NCBI GenBank assembly: GCA_039803205.1
Contig: JBDRYB010000017.1
Coordinates: forward strand, 1 to 39,625
Direction of reading: 5' to 3'
Origin: a candidate division WOR-3 bacterium
GTDB lineage: Bacteria; Hydrothermota; Hydrothermia; JBDRYB01
DNA length: 39,625 nt
Position 1 is the first letter of the stretch. Every line of letters begins with the position of its first letter. Below are positions 10,176 through 18,228 of the stretch, piece by piece. A model generated the notes under the pieces. That model made no database searches, had not been told where the DNA came from, and saw only the letters and a list, made by a program, of their open reading frames with translations. A program made the translations under genes and the position numbers.

Positions 10176-11855
10176 TTATTCGCGGAGCGCCTTTGCCACC
10201 TTAACCCCCTCTGGCGTTCTGAGAACTACCAGGATTACCCCCGATCCTTCCAGGGTGTAGCTCTTTGTTCCCTCAATCTCGCCGGAAAAGAGCTCTGAAA
10301 TGAGCCTCCCGGCCGGATCGTATGCTCTCAGTTCTGCCCGGGTGGGCCTATCGGATGAGACAAAGAGGCGGCCCCCGGATGCCCAAATACTCGGCCCGAA
10401 GTCCCTCTCGCTTTCCTGAATTTCCTCGTATAATGGGTCTCCACAGGTTGGCTCCCTTTGCCAGGTGCCCGCGGCGTCTATCACCATGAGGTTAGGATCA
10501 GGGGTTATGCTTATTACCTCAATTTGGCCATCGTTGTCCCTGTCCCCTATGGACGCCTCTATGTCAAAGCAGAGCTCCGCGGTTGACTGGAGATCTATAA
10601 CATCCCAAATGCCCTTTAACCTTTTGCCGTTCTGGACATCGTGCTCCCAGAAATAGACCATTCCCTCTCCTTGACAGTTCCCTCCGGTTATGATTATCTC
10701 AAGGTATGAGTCCCCATCTATGTCCGCGAGGGTGGGACATGCCCTGAACCGGTCAGCTACTCTCTGTATCTTGTCCTTCCACCTGAGAGAGCCGTTTATG
10801 CCGTTTATGACGATAACAAGGGTATCAGCCCACACGTAAACGACATCAGGGGTTCCATCCTTGTTAAGGTCGCCTATGCCGGTTGCCGAATACTGGCGTA
10901 TGAAGGAGCCGGGATTGCCTCCCCAGGCAGAGCCATCGTATAACCAAACCTGAGAGAAGCCGGAGCCCGTCCAGTTCCTGAGGGATACCTGGGACGGATA
11001 CGGCGATGTCTCCCGCCTGTAGAAAACCACTACCTCCAAAGCCGCATCCCCGTCAAAGTTTTCCAGGCCAGGGGTATATGTATCGCAGTAATAACCTATG
11101 CTGTCTTTGGCAATGACTGCGCCGTCCACCGGATTGACCATTACTATTCCCGAAAGCCTGCCGTAAACGGGGAACAGGATCTCGGGGACCCCATCCCCCG
11201 TAACATCCCCTCCAGCTGGCGCCCCGTATGAGTAAGATACATTTTGCAACGAATCCTTGGCTATCAACCTGCCGGAAGTTGCGTTCAGGATATACATCAC
11301 CCCGCGCTCATCAATAGCCGCGACCCTTCCGCTATCGGAAGGGTAGGGCAATGCCAGGAGGGAGTGCTCCTCGTAGAACCTCCTGGTTCCGCTCACGGAT
11401 GTCCTCCAGCGCTCTGTTCCGTTTGCTCCATCCAGGCAGGCTATGAAACCCCGTTGGTAGCTCGCGACGAAGACCTCCGGCTTGCCATCGCCAGTGACAT
11501 CCATGAGAGCGCCTCCGGCCCTTATGTCATATGTGTCGCGGTGTGCCCATAGCTTCACTGCTGGGCCAGGGGGATTCATCCTGTAGACATAAACGCAGCT
11601 GTCGTAACCGGGCGTGTTGTCCTGGGTTATAGCAACATCAATCCTCCCATCGCCTGAGTAGTCATAGAGCAGAGCGCTACCTATGACCGAGCCCCACCCG
11701 TTTCCTATGCGGATGGTATCCGTTGTCCAGGCCGCGCCGTTGACTATGTTTCCGGTTCCACCGAACCTTCCTGTCCTCTGGGGGTTTGCCCTGAACATGC
11801 ACCATGTCGATGGCAGGGTAACTGCCCCGATCATTATAATCCCTATTAACATCAT
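10176..11855 (-). CDS. FG-GAP/VCBS-repeat secreted protein with CTD
   Basis: DxxGDGxxE/D Ca-binding repeats (DYSGDGRID, DVTGDGKPE, DLNKDGTPD, DIDGDSYLE); CTD AYDPAGRLI. SD GGAGGTGA. Confidence 0.85.
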   Translation of the reverse strand: MMLIGIIMIGAVTLPSTWCMFRANPQRTGRFGGTGNIVNGAAWTTDTIRIGNGWGSVIGSALLYDYSGDGRIDVAITQDNTPGYDSCVYVYRMNPPGPAVKLWAHRDTYDIRAGGALMDVTGDGKPEVFVASYQRGFIACLDGANGTERWRTSVSGTRRFYEEHSLLALPYPSDSGRVAAIDERGVMYILNATSGRLIAKDSLQNVSYSYGAPAGGDVTGDGVPEILFPVYGRLSGIVMVNPVDGAVIAKDSIGYYCDTYTPGLENFDGDAALEVVVFYRRETSPYPSQVSLRNWTGSGFSQVWLYDGSAWGGNPGSFIRQYSATGIGDLNKDGTPDVVYVWADTLVIVINGINGSLRWKDKIQRVADRFRACPTLADIDGDSYLEIIITGGNCQGEGMVYFWEHDVQNGKRLKGIWDVIDLQSTAELCFDIEASIGDRDNDGQIEVISITPDPNLMVIDAAGTWQREPTCGDPLYEEIQESERDFGPSIWASGGRLFVSSDRPTRAELRAYDPAGRLISELFSGEIEGTKSYTLEGSGVILVVLRTPEGVKVAKALRE

Positions 11856-11880
11856 GTCTCACCTCCATCTTAGGAATTTT

Positions 11881-11913
11881 ATTATACCCTTTTCGCTGTA
11901 AAGAATCTGTAAA
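11881..11913 (-). promoter_or_regulatory. Promoter of the beta-propeller operon: TATAAT plus two TTTACAG direct repeats at 11-bp period
   Basis: Minus strand reads TTTACAG-attc-TTTACAG-cgaaaaggg-TATAAT. Confidence 0.6.
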
Positions 11914-11959
11914 AATTTTCAGCTGGCATCAGTATTATCAGGGGGTTTATAATTTCGGT

Positions 11960-13540
11960 ATGACCAGGGCTGAGAAGGTCTTCAGGGGAGCGAGGCTCAT
12001 CAGGGCATCGCCGCATGAGGCGGACGCCTTTCTGGAGGCCCTCAGGAAGGATGACCCACTCGGTTCCTCTGTTCTGGAGGTGTTTCTTCTGGTTATGAGG
12101 GATCAGCACCGATCCGCGGCCCAGAAGGCCCTCAGGCTCATACCCAAACTGAGGGATGACACGAGAACCCTTTACTTTCTCTTCAACGAGCTCGGAAAGG
12201 CATACAGGGGAATGGGAAAACTTGAGCTGGCTAACAGATATTTTCAACAAACGGTTGAGATAGGGGAGTCAATCGGCGAGCCAAGCCTCATATTCCCCGC
12301 ATACACGAGCCTCTACTTCAATAGGTTTTTCGCGGAGGATTTCCAATCCCTTTATCCGGAGCTCTCCTTATACATCAAGAGGGTGCCCAAAAGGTTCAGG
12401 CCGAGGGCATTGTATCTACTAGCGATACTCAAGGCCATACTAGGGAAGCCAAAAGAAGCGCTCTTGCTCCTAGAGGACCCCGTCCACAAAGCGACCGGAA
12501 GCAGGTTCCACGAACTAGCGACCCTGGAGATAAAAGGCCTCGCCCTGCGGCTCATGGGGCGGATTGATGAGGCTCTGGAATGCTTGCTTTCGGCCGCGCG
12601 AGGCTTCCTTGAGATGGGATCTGCCTATTCAGCATTTCCCCTCTCAAAAGCGCTCTCCATAGAGAGGCTATCAGGAGTACCCTGGGTGCCGCGCGATCTC
12701 GCGGAGGCCTGCATCTCCCTCGCGAAAAAGGGGGATAGGGGGCCACAGGGCGCGGCCAGGGAATCAGAGGCTTACATGTTCTTATCTGACGATGAGGCCT
12801 CAGGTGCGATATACCGTGGGTCCGTTTCCTTATATCAGGAGGCGCTTCAGCCCCTTGAGGCTTTCCTGGCCGGGGCAACAGCCCTCCTCCTTGCTTGGAG
12901 AGCGAGGGCACAATCCTTTCTGGAAATAGCCTCTTTCGTGGGCTCAAGAATTAGGATTTACCAAGGGTTCATGAGCGATCCCCTCCTCGGGGATTTTCTC
13001 AGGAGACTCGAACCCCTGCTTTGTCCAGAAGGGCCAAAGATAAAGGCAAACCTCATAGGGGGCCTAAGGCTTATCGTGAAGGGGATTGAGACAAACCCGA
13101 GGGGGCTGAGAAACAGAAAGGCCCTCATGCTCCTCGTTTATCTTCTCCTGGCGCCCGGGCACAGGATCGCGGCTGACCACCTCTTCTCCCTTCTGTGGCC
13201 GAGGATGAGATATGCGAAAAGGAACCTCAACAGGCTTTATGTGAATGTCTATCAGCTGAGGAGGTTTCTCGGAGATCCATCCCTCATCCTGAAGTCCCAA
13301 GACTTCTACCAGCTTGAGGGCGCGTGGACCGATCTGGATGAGATCAAGAATCTCCTAAGGCTCGCGGATGCCACAGGTGATCCGGATCAGAAGGAGGAGC
13401 ACCTGTCCAAGGCCAGGAGCATGGCGCAGGGCGAATTGCTTCCGGATTTCCCATACGATCCTTATATTGAGGAGTTCAGGCAGGATTATAACGGGATAAG
13501 GGCGAGGCTTTTCGGAGCGCAAGGGGTCTTAGAGGAATAG
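11960..13540 (+). CDS. TPR-domain protein with C-terminal SARP-like (OmpR-type wHTH + partial BTAD) regulator domain
   Basis: TPR helices (NELGKAYRGMGKLELANRYFQQ). C-terminal IKANLIGGLRL...KALMLLVYLLL...LFSLLWP...LYVNVYQLRRFLG...TDLDE...GELLPDF. Confidence 0.8.
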   Translation: MTRAEKVFRGARLIRASPHEADAFLEALRKDDPLGSSVLEVFLLVMRDQHRSAAQKALRLIPKLRDDTRTLYFLFNELGKAYRGMGKLELANRYFQQTVEIGESIGEPSLIFPAYTSLYFNRFFAEDFQSLYPELSLYIKRVPKRFRPRALYLLAILKAILGKPKEALLLLEDPVHKATGSRFHELATLEIKGLALRLMGRIDEALECLLSAARGFLEMGSAYSAFPLSKALSIERLSGVPWVPRDLAEACISLAKKGDRGPQGAARESEAYMFLSDDEASGAIYRGSVSLYQEALQPLEAFLAGATALLLAWRARAQSFLEIASFVGSRIRIYQGFMSDPLLGDFLRRLEPLLCPEGPKIKANLIGGLRLIVKGIETNPRGLRNRKALMLLVYLLLAPGHRIAADHLFSLLWPRMRYAKRNLNRLYVNVYQLRRFLGDPSLILKSQDFYQLEGAWTDLDEIKNLLRLADATGDPDQKEEHLSKARSMAQGELLPDFPYDPYIEEFRQDYNGIRARLFGAQGVLEE

Positions 13541-13610
13541 CCACCGGAGGGACTTGAACCCACAACCTACGCCTTACGAAGGCGCCGCTCTGCCGTTGAG
13601 CTACGGTGGC
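13539..13610 (-). tRNA. tRNA-Thr(CGT), CCA not encoded
   Basis: GCCACCG/CGGTGGC acceptor stem, D arm TAGCTCAACGGCAGAGC, anticodon arm GCGCC-TTCGTAA-GGCGT, T loop GGTTCAAGTCC. Confidence 0.97.
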
Positions 13611-13661
13611 TAAGGCTTATATTTTAATCTGCGATGTAGGGGGGATTCAAACAGGAAAATT

Positions 13662-14524
13662 CTAATAAACCGGAGCCTTGCCCCTGAGAATCACATCCCC
13701 GCACCTCGCTTCCACAAAGTAGACCCCCGGCCCGAGGGTAACCTTCCTCGGTTCTCGGGTTAAGATGACCTCTTCTAGCCTTCGCCCTGAGGCATCCCAG
13801 ATGGTTGCCTCCGCGCCATCTAGGCCCTGGACGCTCAGATAGAGAATCCCCTTTCCCGGCCTGGCTAACAGAGAGGGAGGGCGAACCCGCTCTTCCCCTT
13901 GAACCCCTGCCCAGCATCCTGAGCCCGGGCCGTCCAGGGCCGTTATGTTATTTCCAGCAGAGGAACCCCCCGATCCCAAGAGAACTATCTCCGAGCGTGA
14001 GTCGCCGTCTATGTCTCCAACCGCTATGATCTCGGGCACGCCGTCCCCGAGACATCGGTTAGGCAAACAGGGGCCATGATCTGTTGGCCGTTGCTCACCG
14101 TGTCTAGCCACTCCAAGGCCCCGGTCTGGGCGTTCAAGCAAAAGAGGATGCCGGGCATCTGCTTGCAAGCAACCATCTCCGGAATACCATCCCCATCAAC
14201 ATCGCCTACGGCCGGAGTGGAGTTGGGCAAGTAGTCTGTATCCGGCAGGGCAAAGCTCCATATCTGGTTCCCCGTGTTCCCATCAAGACACTTCAGGTAT
14301 TTCCCGTCGTTGAAGAGCACCTCACATCCAGGGTAATCCGCCCTGACATCCGAGAGAACAGGTCCACATGACCTTTGGAGGATTTGGGTCACGGGAACGC
14401 GCCATTTCACTGAAGGAGCCGATATCTCAGCGCCCGAAACCGATTGATATGAGCTCCTCTGGCTGTCGTGGCCCAATGTGGGCCAACCAGCGCTTGGGAT
14501 GTATGCCATGAGTGCTATAAACAT
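13662..14524 (-). pseudogene. Frameshifted, internally shortened FG-GAP/PQQ CTD protein
   Basis: ORF 14024..14524 (...CLTDVSG) continues in another frame as DGVPEIIAVGDIDGDSRSE...CTD. One extra G in the G4 run (14045-14048) would fuse them. SD GGAGGTGA. Confidence 0.75.
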
Positions 14525-14577
14525 TCCTCACCTCCCCATAGTTTGGTGCAATTATTTAGCTATCAGAAAACCGAAAT

Positions 14578-14611
14578 CAAACAAACACAAACCCCGGCCC
14601 GGAGGCCGGGG
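14578..14611 (-). terminator. Intrinsic terminator
   Basis: CCCCGGCC-TCCG-GGCCGGGG followed by TTTGTGTTTGTTT on the minus strand. Confidence 0.75.
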
Positions 14612-14745
14612 CACACCTCCCTGCCCGCATCTCTGCGGGCTTTATCTCCAAACGCTACGAGAAACCATCCTCTACAAACCGGTTCACCATTCTTCCCTCT
14701 CTGCCCCAGAGGTTTCTCGCCCCTAACTCTCTATCCTCGTTCACA
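14578..14745 (-). ncRNA. Candidate structured sRNA or attenuator leader (family unknown)
   Basis: Lies between a TTGACA/TATAAT promoter and a GC hairpin terminator. Stems: GCGAGAAACC/GGTTTCTCGT and GCCCGCA/TGCGGGC. Confidence 0.4.
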
Positions 14746-14748
14746 TTT

Positions 14749-14779
14749 ATTATATAACCGGAAAACCCGGAACTGTCAA
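14749..14779 (-). promoter_or_regulatory. Sigma70-type promoter
   Basis: TTGACA-gttccgggttttccggtta-TATAAT (19-nt spacer; 17 nt to TATATA). Confidence 0.7.
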
Positions 14780-14806
14780 GGGCCAAATCAAAAAACCGGG
14801 CCCAGC

Positions 14807-15253
14807 TCACTCCATTTTCATCATTGGGCAGGGGACTGCCTCCGCGCCCATTATCCTGACCTCCCTTTCAACCTGCATACCTTGCGCCATAGCGCTCATT
14901 TTAATGAACTTCATCCTTTGTTCAGGGGTCAGGAGTTTCATAACCTCAAGCCAAAGGGAGAGGCCCTCGTTGAATATGGCCTCGCGAGCCTTGAGAACCT
15001 CTGCCGCGGCCCTCCTTATCTCCTTTTCGTCCAAGTTCTTGGCTGATTTTGCCCTCTCAAACGCGAGCTCCTTCTTCTTCAGATCCGCTTCTAGGTCTAT
15101 CATTCTGAGATGGTGCTCGTAAAAGAGCTTGTCCAACTTCTCGGATTGCTCCTGGGTCAGGCCGACCTTCTCTCTCATCATGGGGTCTTCAAGCGCGCAG
15201 ACCCCCGCGCCACATTCCACTGATACGGTTGCGGCTATCAAAAATCCAAACAT
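14807..15253 (-). CDS. Spy/CpxP/ZraP-like periplasmic chaperone or metal-binding protein
   Basis: Two LTxEQ motifs (GLTQEQ, LLTPEQR), helical, with Met/Cys-rich termini. Confidence 0.8.
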   Translation of the reverse strand: MFGFLIAATVSVECGAGVCALEDPMMREKVGLTQEQSEKLDKLFYEHHLRMIDLEADLKKKELAFERAKSAKNLDEKEIRRAAAEVLKAREAIFNEGLSLWLEVMKLLTPEQRMKFIKMSAMAQGMQVEREVRIMGAEAVPCPMMKME

Positions 15254-15284
15254 GTCAAACCTCCTCGGGTTGTTTTAGACCCTG

Positions 15285-15458
15285 TTATTTGCCCTTGAGT
15301 TCCCTGAGCCTCTCCTCAACAGCCTCCATTTCCTTTTTCAGCTCCTCCAGGTATCGCTCAAGGAGCTCTATCTCTTCCTGCCTGGTCAGGTATCTCCTAT
15401 GCATAAAGCCACAGCAATGGCTGTATCCATGCCCTTCATGTGTGTGACAGCATTTCAT
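15285..15458 (-). CDS. 57-aa Cys/His-rich coiled-coil protein (DUF5320-like), absent from the ORF track
   Basis: Translated by hand: MKCCHTHEGHGYSHCCGFMHRRYLTRQEEIELLERYLEELKKEMEAVEERLRELKGK. ATGA overlap with the upstream gene; SD GGAGG. Confidence 0.8.
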   Translation of the reverse strand: MKCCHTHEGHGYSHCCGFMHRRYLTRQEEIELLERYLEELKKEMEAVEERLRELKGK

Positions 15459-15661
15459 TTCAGTTCCTCCTTTAGGTTTGCGAGCTCTTTTTTAAGCTTT
15501 TCGATCTCTTTTATGAGACCTTCAATGAGACGTTCAACTTCTTCTCGCTTCATGTATTTCTTGGCCACATAGCCTAGAATATGGCACCGAAATCTTCGGG
15601 AGCCCCTGTCGGGTTCACAGCAGGCCATGTTGGCCCCGTTCGACACATCACAGCATTTCAT
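15455..15661 (-). CDS. 68-aa Cys-rich coiled-coil protein
   Basis: MKCCDVSNGANMACCEP...EEVERLIEGLIKEIEKLKKELANLKEELK. ATG at 15661 overlaps the PadR stop (ATGA). Confidence 0.75.
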   Translation of the reverse strand: MKCCDVSNGANMACCEPDRGSRRFRCHILGYVAKKYMKREEVERLIEGLIKEIEKLKKELANLKEELK

Positions 15662-16035
15662 CTTGGTTTCCCCTTTGTTTTTTCGTAAGCATCCAGAAAG
15701 GTTGCGAGGGCCTCCAGTTCCTTTTTTATAGCCAAGGTCCATCCCTCAAGCCTCTCAGCCCCCTCCTTCGTGATCTCGTATAACCTGCGAGCCGCGCCGC
15801 GCTCCGGAGTATCCCAGGAAGAGCGGACCAGGCCCTCTTCCTCCATGCACCTCAGAGCCCTGTAGATCGCTGGTGGATCGATCCTCTCAGGGAACCCCTG
15901 CTGATCAAGGAGCTCAATGAGCCTGTAGCCGTGGGTTGGCCCCTTGGACAGGAGAAGAAGGAGGAGCCTCGGTTCAAGACGCCTCTCCCTGAAGCGACAG
16001 CAGAGCTCATCGTGGCCGTAGCTTATATGTGTCAT
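15658..16035 (-). CDS. PadR-family transcriptional regulator
   Basis: LLLLLSKGPTHGYRL...IYRALRCMEEEGLVRSSW...RRLYEITKEG; N-terminal HxxxxHxxxCC. Confidence 0.92.
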   Translation of the reverse strand: MTHISYGHDELCCRFRERRLEPRLLLLLLSKGPTHGYRLIELLDQQGFPERIDPPAIYRALRCMEEEGLVRSSWDTPERGAARRLYEITKEGAERLEGWTLAIKKELEALATFLDAYEKTKGKPR

Positions 16036-16052
16036 TAACAACTATATGTTAA
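16035..16052. promoter_or_regulatory. Palindrome over the PadR -10/start, candidate autoregulatory operator
   Basis: TTAACA-actata-TGTTAA. Confidence 0.45.
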
Positions 16053-16083
16053 AGCTACTTAGCGGCTCATTTCAACCTAAGCC

Positions 16084-16138
16084 TTAGCATTTCGTTAACC
16101 ATTTCTTTACCCGGCCTTAACAGACCAGACCTTAAACT
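16084..16138 (+). promoter_or_regulatory. Pho-box-like array plus -10 upstream of pstS
   Basis: TTAGCA (16084), TTAACC (16095), TTTACC (16106), TTAACA (16117) at exact 11-bp spacing; TAAACT at 16133. Confidence 0.75.
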
Positions 16139-16174
16139 TTTGAGGCTGATGGAGAACCTACTCGGAGGTGAAAG

Positions 16175-17032
16175 ATGAGAAGAAGGATAGGAACAGGAAT
16201 GATGGCGGCACTCATAGCCGCTGGATGCGGCGGAGGCCAGAAAGGTCCTGAGGCCATAAGGATAAAGGGCTCTGACTCGGAGGTCAACCTGGTTCAGTCC
16301 TTGGCCGAGGCATACATGGCGAAGGACAAAAACGCTGTGATAAGCGTCCAGGGGGGAGGCTCCGGAGTCGGAATAGCGGCCATAATAAACAAAGAGGTTG
16401 AGATAGCCAACTCCTCAAGGGAGATGAAGCCTGACGAGATAGAGAGAGCCAGGGCCAACGGAGTTGAACCCCTCGGTTTCATCTTCGCCATAGACGCCAT
16501 TGCGATAATAGTCCATCCTGATAACCCCATAAATGAGATAAGCCTAGAGAACCTCGGAAAGCTTTACCGCGGTGATATAAAGAACTGGAAGGAGATGGGC
16601 GGTCCAGATGCTGAGGTTAGCCTATACGGCAGGCAGTCAAACTCCGGGACATTCGTGTTCTTCAGGGATGCTGTGCTCAAAGGGGATTACTCCCCGAACA
16701 TGAAGGCCATGAACGGGAACTCCCAGATAGTTGATGGCGTTAAGACTGACAAGGCCGGGATTGGTTATGTTGCTCTCGGATATGTCAGGCAGGGCGGCAG
16801 TTTCACTCCAGGGGTGAAGGTTATCAGGGTTGATGGCAAGCTCCCTGGAGAGGGAGGCTATGCCCTAGCAAGACCGCTTTACCAGTATCTTCAGGGCAAG
16901 CCAAAGGGAAAGGTCAGGGACTTCCTAGCGTTTGAGCTCTCGGACGAGGGCCAGACTATCATAGAGAAAGGAGGGTTCCTGAGGGTTACGGGAACGGAAT
17001 ACGAGAAGGTTTCTCAGGAGATCCTGGAGTAA
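16175..17032 (+). CDS. pstS: Phosphate ABC transporter substrate-binding lipoprotein
   Basis: Lipobox IAAGC, IKGSDS, GGGSGVGI, ANSSR, GRQSNSGTF, LARPLY. Confidence 0.92.
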   Translation: MRRRIGTGMMAALIAAGCGGGQKGPEAIRIKGSDSEVNLVQSLAEAYMAKDKNAVISVQGGGSGVGIAAIINKEVEIANSSREMKPDEIERARANGVEPLGFIFAIDAIAIIVHPDNPINEISLENLGKLYRGDIKNWKEMGGPDAEVSLYGRQSNSGTFVFFRDAVLKGDYSPNMKAMNGNSQIVDGVKTDKAGIGYVALGYVRQGGSFTPGVKVIRVDGKLPGEGGYALARPLYQYLQGKPKGKVRDFLAFELSDEGQTIIEKGGFLRVTGTEYEKVSQEILE

Positions 17033-17044
17033 AAGGAGATAGCC

Positions 17045-18136
17045 ATGAAAAGAGCAATAACGATAAGCATCGTGATGGCAAGCGCGGCCTCGGCCGCGAG
17101 CGTGAAAACGGGTGGAACGATATTCAGCTACTATGCCAACATCCTATCAAATCCGGACACATCTAAAATAGGCTACGCTGAGTTCGGGGTAACGAGGGCT
17201 TATCTGGACCTCAAGGCAGATTTCGTAGAAAAGGACAAGGATAACATCCCCCCATTCCTGGCGAGAGCCAGGGCCACATATGACGCTGAGCCTTTGACCG
17301 GATTCGTGAGGATAACCCCTGATCCTGCGGACAGCACACCACCTTCGGTTTCAATAAGCGGCGTTTATATGGGATTCCTCAAGTTCGCGTATGGGGAAAT
17401 AGGCGCTTTCAGGGGCATGCCGGGGGAGCTATGGCTCAGGATTGGTCAGATACCAACGCCCTGGACCGGAAACGAGGAAGGCCTCTGGGGCCTCAGGTAT
17501 GTGGCTAAGGTCATGACGGATGAATATAAGGTCCTCAACACAGCGGATAGAGGCTTAGGGCTTGAATACAAGCTTCCTTCCGGCTATGGTTCGGTTCACG
17601 CCACATACATGAACGGCGAGGGATTCAAGTCAGGAGAGGTTAATGAATTCAAAGACATGGGGGCCAGGGTTTCTGTCTTTCCCCTTGCTGGCATGAACAA
17701 TCCCGCCCTATCAGGACTTGGCATCCACGGGTATTACCATCTCGGCAAACCAACGGATGATCAGGTCAGGGGCAGGACCATCATCGGGGCCTCATACGCC
17801 TACAAGGAGAATATCGGCGTCATGGGTTCATATCTCATGGCTAAGAGTGGGTCCTCAGATGAGCCAACTAACTCATCCGGCTACTCGGCATGGGCCTGGT
17901 TTGATCTGGGCAAGATCGCGACCAAAACCCAGTCTTTCGGCTTCTTTGGCAGATATGACAACTTCGATCCGAATACCGAGGAAGAGAACGATGCCACAAG
18001 CTTCCTGATAGCCGGCGCATACTACAACTTCGCTAAGGGCTGGCAATTGGCGCTTGATTACCAAACAAAGACCCCCGAGGACCCTGAAGAGAACCCAACC
18101 TCAATCATATACCTTCACCTCTTAAGCCAGTTCTGA
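17045..18136 (+). CDS. Outer-membrane porin, probably phosphate/anion-selective
   Basis: Sec signal, FGVTRAYL, ADRGLG, NGEG, amphipathic strands, terminal Phe; cotranscribed with pstS. Confidence 0.7.
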   Translation: MKRAITISIVMASAASAASVKTGGTIFSYYANILSNPDTSKIGYAEFGVTRAYLDLKADFVEKDKDNIPPFLARARATYDAEPLTGFVRITPDPADSTPPSVSISGVYMGFLKFAYGEIGAFRGMPGELWLRIGQIPTPWTGNEEGLWGLRYVAKVMTDEYKVLNTADRGLGLEYKLPSGYGSVHATYMNGEGFKSGEVNEFKDMGARVSVFPLAGMNNPALSGLGIHGYYHLGKPTDDQVRGRTIIGASYAYKENIGVMGSYLMAKSGSSDEPTNSSGYSAWAWFDLGKIATKTQSFGFFGRYDNFDPNTEEENDATSFLIAGAYYNFAKGWQLALDYQTKTPEDPEENPTSIIYLHLLSQF

Positions 18137-18160
18137 GGCTTTTTTTCATGTTCCTTCCCG

Positions 18161-18192
18161 GCTCCGGCCATCTGGCCGGGGCTTTTGTTTTT
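18161..18192 (+). terminator. Intrinsic terminator after pstS-porin
   Basis: GCTCCGGCCA-TC-TGGCCGGGGC followed by TTTTGTTTTT. Confidence 0.75.
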
Positions 18193-18228
18193 GGAAAACG
18201 CGCGCGTCTGTGGTTTAACATTTTGGCT

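Noticed and set aside
5679..13540. tRNA-anchored genomic island or prophage
   Set aside because: No integrase or phage genes, I saw no duplicated tRNA 3' end, and composition looks native.
14680..14705. Cobalamin riboswitch (AGGGAA...GGTGAA)
   Set aside because: The downstream CCCGCNACTG/B12-box elements are absent, and no B12-related gene follows.
18148..18228. N-terminal ORF extensions (also 7182-7277, 15662-15742, 29350-29403, 33069-33200, 36150-36173, 38616-38651)
   Set aside because: They run through terminators, promoters or neighbouring genes; better-supported downstream starts exist.
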